From positions 448,323-512,322 of the forward strand of contig OZ245893.1 in NCBI GenBank assembly GCA_965229645.1: a stretch of DNA of 64,000 bases. The letters run 5' to 3'. A program made the position numbers and the translations under genes. The notes under the pieces were generated by a model that saw only the letters and a list, made by a program, of their open reading frames with translations, was not told the origin of the DNA and searched no databases. This stretch comes from Alphaproteobacteria bacterium (GTDB taxonomy: Bacteria; Pseudomonadota; Alphaproteobacteria; UBA7985). Shown one piece after another: positions 60,302 to 64,000 of the stretch; position 1 is the first letter of the stretch, and every line of letters starts with the position of its first letter.

Positions 60302-60397
60302 ACGTGCTTTTGCATGGCTTTACCCCTGCTAGAGCGCCCTAAACGCAAAGACCCCAGCGAAGTCAAGGCTTGCCGTGGGCCATCGCGAAAATAGGTT

Positions 60398-61180
60398 GTG
60401 CGGGTGAGCCCGCGCAAAAACCCTGACCCGCGTCTTTATCTTTACGGACTTCACGCCGTTCGGGCGGCCCTCGCGAATCCGCACAGAAAGATCCTGAACC
60501 TTTTGGTGGCTTTGCCGCCCGATCACGCCAATCGAAAAATTCTAGAACAAGATCTGGCACAACATCCCAACCCGCCCCACGTCAGCGAAACTGCGCGCGG
60601 GCATTTGGACAAGCTGGTCGGCAAAGAGGCGGTGCACCAGGGTCTGGCGGCGTTCGTCAAACCCCTGGCCAATCTGGATCCGCGCGCGTTTTTGCGGGCG
60701 CGGACAGAGGCTTTGCCCGCCGTCGCGATCCTCGATCAAGTGACCGACCCGCACAATATCGGCGCCGTGCTTCGTTCCGCCGCCGCCTTCGGGATCGGCG
60801 CCCTTATGACGCCCGCGCGCCATACCCCGAGCGAATCTGGTCTGATCGCGCGGATCGCCAGTGGCGGCCTCGAGGTTGTGCCTTGGCTGCGCGTGCGCAA
60901 CTTGGCCGACGCGTGTTTGGTCTTGCAAGAGTTTGGCTACCGCCTTTCTGGCTTGGCAAGCGATGGGCCGGGCTTGGTCCAGGCGTCCGCCTTCGCCGAT
61001 CCTGCGCCCCAAGCTCTGATCTTCGGGGCCGAAGGGGAGGGGATGCGCCAGCGGACCCGCAGTCTGTGCGACCAAGTGCTGCGCCTGCCGACCCGCTCGC
61101 CCGTTTCGGACCTGAACGTTTCCAACGCTGCCGCCGTGACGTTTTTTGCGCTGCAGCAGGCCTGGGTCGCCGCGGAATGA
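60398..61180 (+). CDS. TrmH/SpoU-family rRNA 2'-O-methyltransferase (RlmB-like)
   Basis: LYGLHAVRAAL and the SPOUT motif DQVTDPHNIGAVLRSAAAFG. Confidence 0.85.
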   Translation: MRVSPRKNPDPRLYLYGLHAVRAALANPHRKILNLLVALPPDHANRKILEQDLAQHPNPPHVSETARGHLDKLVGKEAVHQGLAAFVKPLANLDPRAFLRARTEALPAVAILDQVTDPHNIGAVLRSAAAFGIGALMTPARHTPSESGLIARIASGGLEVVPWLRVRNLADACLVLQEFGYRLSGLASDGPGLVQASAFADPAPQALIFGAEGEGMRQRTRSLCDQVLRLPTRSPVSDLNVSNAAAVTFFALQQAWVAAE

Positions 61181-61220
61181 GCCTTGCTTTGACCACCGAG
61201 AGTGCCTAGGGCAGCCCCGC

Positions 61221-61311
61221 TGGTGAGATGGCCGAGTGGCTTAAGGCGCACGCCTGGAACGCGTGTATAGGGGAAACTCTATCGTGGGTTCGAATCCCAC
61301 TCTCACCGCCA
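61221..61311 (+). tRNA. tRNA-Ser (GGA)
   Basis: GGTGAGA acceptor stem pairing with TCTCACC-G-CCA, a long variable arm, a TΨC arm GGTTCGAATCC and the anticodon loop CTGGAAC. Confidence 0.85.
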
Positions 61312-61422
61312 TCGAGGTAAAGCGCCCATTCAAGCGCGAAGTACCCTTTATGGGGGTGACGGGTCAGAGACGTGAGGACACCCAGTTCGGTGCAAATCAG
61401 GAGGGGAACCAAGAACGATAGT

Positions 61423-61647
61423 ATGAGTCTTGGCGCTGACCTATTTGTGGGTACCGCGTGGACTTTTGCCAGTCTGAATTTTGATGGCCAGCTCGATTCT
61501 CCTTTCATTAAGGAATCTGCTTCCAAAGTTTTGGAAATCCCATTCGGCAGTGTGGGGCAGATAAAGTTGGTCAACATATTCTGCTGGCTGAATGAGTATG
61601 CAGTATCTGGCGACGGAACAGAAAACCAACTAAAAACAACGCCTTAG
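61423..61647 (+). CDS. Small hypothetical protein at the start of the tRNA-Ser island
   Basis: A 74-aa ORF ending 11 bp before the GmrSD start. It has no motif, so confidence is low. Confidence 0.3.
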   Translation: MSLGADLFVGTAWTFASLNFDGQLDSPFIKESASKVLEIPFGSVGQIKLVNIFCWLNEYAVSGDGTENQLKTTP

Positions 61648-61658
61648 GAGAAATAGTT

Positions 61659-64000
61659 ATGGACGAACCAAAATCATTAGATAGCCTATTTAGAGAAAAG
61701 ATATTCAGGATTCCTGATTATCAAAGGGGTTATGCTTGGCAAAAAAGCCAGCTCAAGGATTTTTGGGAAGACCTCATCAACCTGTCTGGTGACCGCTCGC
61801 ATTATACTGGCGTTCTTACCCTGAAAGAAGTCGGCTCAAAAGAAGTCGCGGAAGCGGATAATGAATTTTGGCTGATAGATGATCATTCATACAGGATATA
61901 TCATGTCGTTGATGGCCAGCAACGCCTTACAACATTCGTGGTGTTCTTGCAGGCATTTATTGGCTTTGTGAAGAATCTAGACGGTAATGCAGATAAATCT
62001 GATCATGAAATATATATCACTGATAGCCTCAACTTAGAGGCCATTGTCAATAAATATTTATTCAAAACCAAACCTACTGGTGACCAGTATCGGACATATA
62101 AGTTTGGTTACACTGTCGACAATCCAAGTTACGAGTATCTTCGACACAAAATTTTCAACGAAGGCGGAACACCATCCATTGAAGAGACCTTTTACACCCT
62201 GAACTTGCGCAACGCGAGGCACTATTTTTGTGAACAGTTGAGAGAACTCCATGCCCACGCCCGAATGACTGGCCTTCAAGAAATATACAAAAAATTGACC
62301 AAGCGCTTTCTGTTTAATGAGTATGTCATCAAGGACGAATTTGATGTATTTGTTGCTTTTGAAACAATGAACAATCGAGGAAAGCGTCTTTCTGACTTGG
62401 AACTTCTTAAAAATCGCCTCATTTATCTGACAACACTATATACCGATGAAGAACTTGACGCCGCTGAACGCAAAAGCCTTAGAGGCGCAATAAACGGGGC
62501 TTGGAAAGAAGTATATTATCAATTGGGTAGAAATGACAAGCGCCCACTAAATGATGATGACTTTCTAAGAGCTCATTGGATTATGTATTTTCAATACTCT
62601 CGAAAAAAGGGAAATGATTACATAAGATTCCTGCTTGATGAACAGTTCTCCCCGCAGAAGATTCATGAAAAAATTGAACGTGAAGTAATGCTTGAAATGC
62701 CCGAGGAGCAACTTACCGATTCCGAGATAGATAATGCGAGTAGAGATGATGTCACTCCAGTTTATGTCACGAATTCAGAGGATGATTTCATAGATTTTGT
62801 GAACGCCAATACCAAGGTTGGCGCAGCAGGTAAGGGTTACATGCAGGCTATTCGAGGTCTAGAAGAAATGATCGGGGAGCCGATTTTTAACTTGCGCTCT
62901 TTGGATCAACTGAAGGTGTTAAAAATGCGACTCGCTAACAATGGCGATCTTCACGATTTTAATGTGAGGACGAATAATAGGGCGACCGGTGCAGCGATTG
63001 GCAAGCTAATCGAATTTTGCAGCAGGGAATTAAAAAGCACTGATGTGAAAGAAGTGGCTCATTTACAGCCAGTTGAGATCAGACAATACGTAGACGATTT
63101 AAAGGAATCAGCCGTTCATTGGTTCAATTCCTACTACCCCAATTTGGCTACTGGGCTATCAGATACAGAGAAAAACGCTATTGATCGATTAAACAGAATT
63201 GGTATGGGATATTTTCGTCCTCTCGTAATGTCGGTTTTTAAGAACGAGAGAAATTCTGAAGATAGAACAGATATTCTTGATCAAATTGAACGCTTTATCT
63301 TTATTGTTTTTCGGTTGTGTCAAACTCGTAGCAATTTCAAGGATAGCGAATTTTACAATGCATCACGCGAGCTCAATCGGGGTGAATTGACTCTTGATGA
63401 CATAAAGAAAAAGCTAGATGTGGCTGCATCATCATACTTCCATGATGACAACACGCTCAATTCAGATTACTTCTACAACTATCTTTACAAGAGATTCAAC
63501 AGCGAAGGTAAAAGCGGATACTATGGTTGGCATGGCCTGCGTTACTTCCTGTATGAATATGAGCTCAATCTGCTCTCCCAAAGCAGACAGAGAAAAGTGG
63601 CATGGGAAGATCTGCTCAAAACGCCAAGGGATAAGGTTTCCATTGAGCATGTGTTTCCGCAAGCTCCTACCAAAGATTGGAGAGAGGTGTTCGCTGGGGT
63701 GGATGAAGACGACTACCCGCTATATAGTGGATCCATAGGAAACTTATTGGTTTTGTCAATGTCTATAAATAGCTCACTTCAGAATGATGATTTTGATGAT
63801 AAGAAAAGACCGAAATTCAACGAATCAGGCGAGAAAATAAGAAATGGCTATTCAGACGGTTCTCACTCTGAGATTGAAGTTGCCCAGCATGATAAATGGA
63901 CACCTGCGCACTTAGAGGAGCGCGGCCTGCGCCTGTTGAACTTCATGGAAGATAGGTGGCGCATGAAGTTTAAGAGTGAGGAAGTTAAAAAGTCGCTGCT
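61659..64000 (+). CDS. GmrSD-like type IV restriction endonuclease (DUF262 ParB-like N-terminal plus DUF1524 His-Me finger), 3'-partial at the window edge
   Basis: A good RBS (AGGAG) precedes the ATG at 61659. The N-terminus has IPDYQRGYAW and DGQQRLTT (DUF262), and the C-terminal region has SIEHVFPQ (DUF1524). It lies in AT-rich DNA that looks about 40% G+C by eye. No in-frame stop occurs before the window end, and the ORF track omits it for that reason. Confidence 0.8.
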   Translation, partial: MDEPKSLDSLFREKIFRIPDYQRGYAWQKSQLKDFWEDLINLSGDRSHYTGVLTLKEVGSKEVAEADNEFWLIDDHSYRIYHVVDGQQRLTTFVVFLQAFIGFVKNLDGNADKSDHEIYITDSLNLEAIVNKYLFKTKPTGDQYRTYKFGYTVDNPSYEYLRHKIFNEGGTPSIEETFYTLNLRNARHYFCEQLRELHAHARMTGLQEIYKKLTKRFLFNEYVIKDEFDVFVAFETMNNRGKRLSDLELLKNRLIYLTTLYTDEELDAAERKSLRGAINGAWKEVYYQLGRNDKRPLNDDDFLRAHWIMYFQYSRKKGNDYIRFLLDEQFSPQKIHEKIEREVMLEMPEEQLTDSEIDNASRDDVTPVYVTNSEDDFIDFVNANTKVGAAGKGYMQAIRGLEEMIGEPIFNLRSLDQLKVLKMRLANNGDLHDFNVRTNNRATGAAIGKLIEFCSRELKSTDVKEVAHLQPVEIRQYVDDLKESAVHWFNSYYPNLATGLSDTEKNAIDRLNRIGMGYFRPLVMSVFKNERNSEDRTDILDQIERFIFIVFRLCQTRSNFKDSEFYNASRELNRGELTLDDIKKKLDVAASSYFHDDNTLNSDYFYNYLYKRFNSEGKSGYYGWHGLRYFLYEYELNLLSQSRQRKVAWEDLLKTPRDKVSIEHVFPQAPTKDWREVFAGVDEDDYPLYSGSIGNLLVLSMSINSSLQNDDFDDKKRPKFNESGEKIRNGYSDGSHSEIEVAQHDKWTPAHLEERGLRLLNFMEDRWRMKFKSEEVKKSL

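Overview
This is a high-GC window (most genes look about 65-70% G+C by eye) with alphaproteobacterial-type housekeeping and catabolic operons. It contains an ABC transporter, hydantoinase hyuAB, gltX, cysS, class II DAHP synthase, glpK, and a putative DHPS/sulfolactate cluster (HisD-family, Zn-ADH, comDE, LldD-like). It also has a glycosylglycerate operon (GH63 hydrolase, glycerate kinase, ABC transporter, LacI), a betaine/dimethylglycine cluster (MttB-family, DMGDH), and acyl-CoA dehydrogenases. Two accessory regions stand out. (1) A lower-GC island of about 12.5 kb (about 27.6-40.1 kb) sits directly after the 3' end of a glycerate kinase gene. It carries a type VI-A CRISPR-Cas13a locus: a 1166-aa Cas13a with two R-x4-H HEPN motifs, flanked by two CRISPR arrays with related but distinct repeats (21 x 36 nt and 11 x 37 nt), and no cas1/cas2 anywhere in the window. 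The same island holds an unrecognised 595-aa coiled-coil/2-TM protein next to array 1, a BrnT/BrnA toxin-antitoxin pair, IS630 and ISAs1 transposases, and two decayed extra copies of the glycerate kinase 3' end, which implies serial integration at that gene end. (2) An AT-rich island starts immediately after tRNA-Ser(GGA) at 61.3 kb and encodes a GmrSD-like (DUF262-DUF1524) type IV restriction enzyme, truncated by the window edge. Smaller items are a Phd/Doc-type TA pair, a 1.8-kb low-GC islet with two hypothetical genes, and several interspersed structured repeats. Many six-frame ORFs in the track are wrong-frame or antisense artefacts of high-GC DNA or of CRISPR repeat periodicity.
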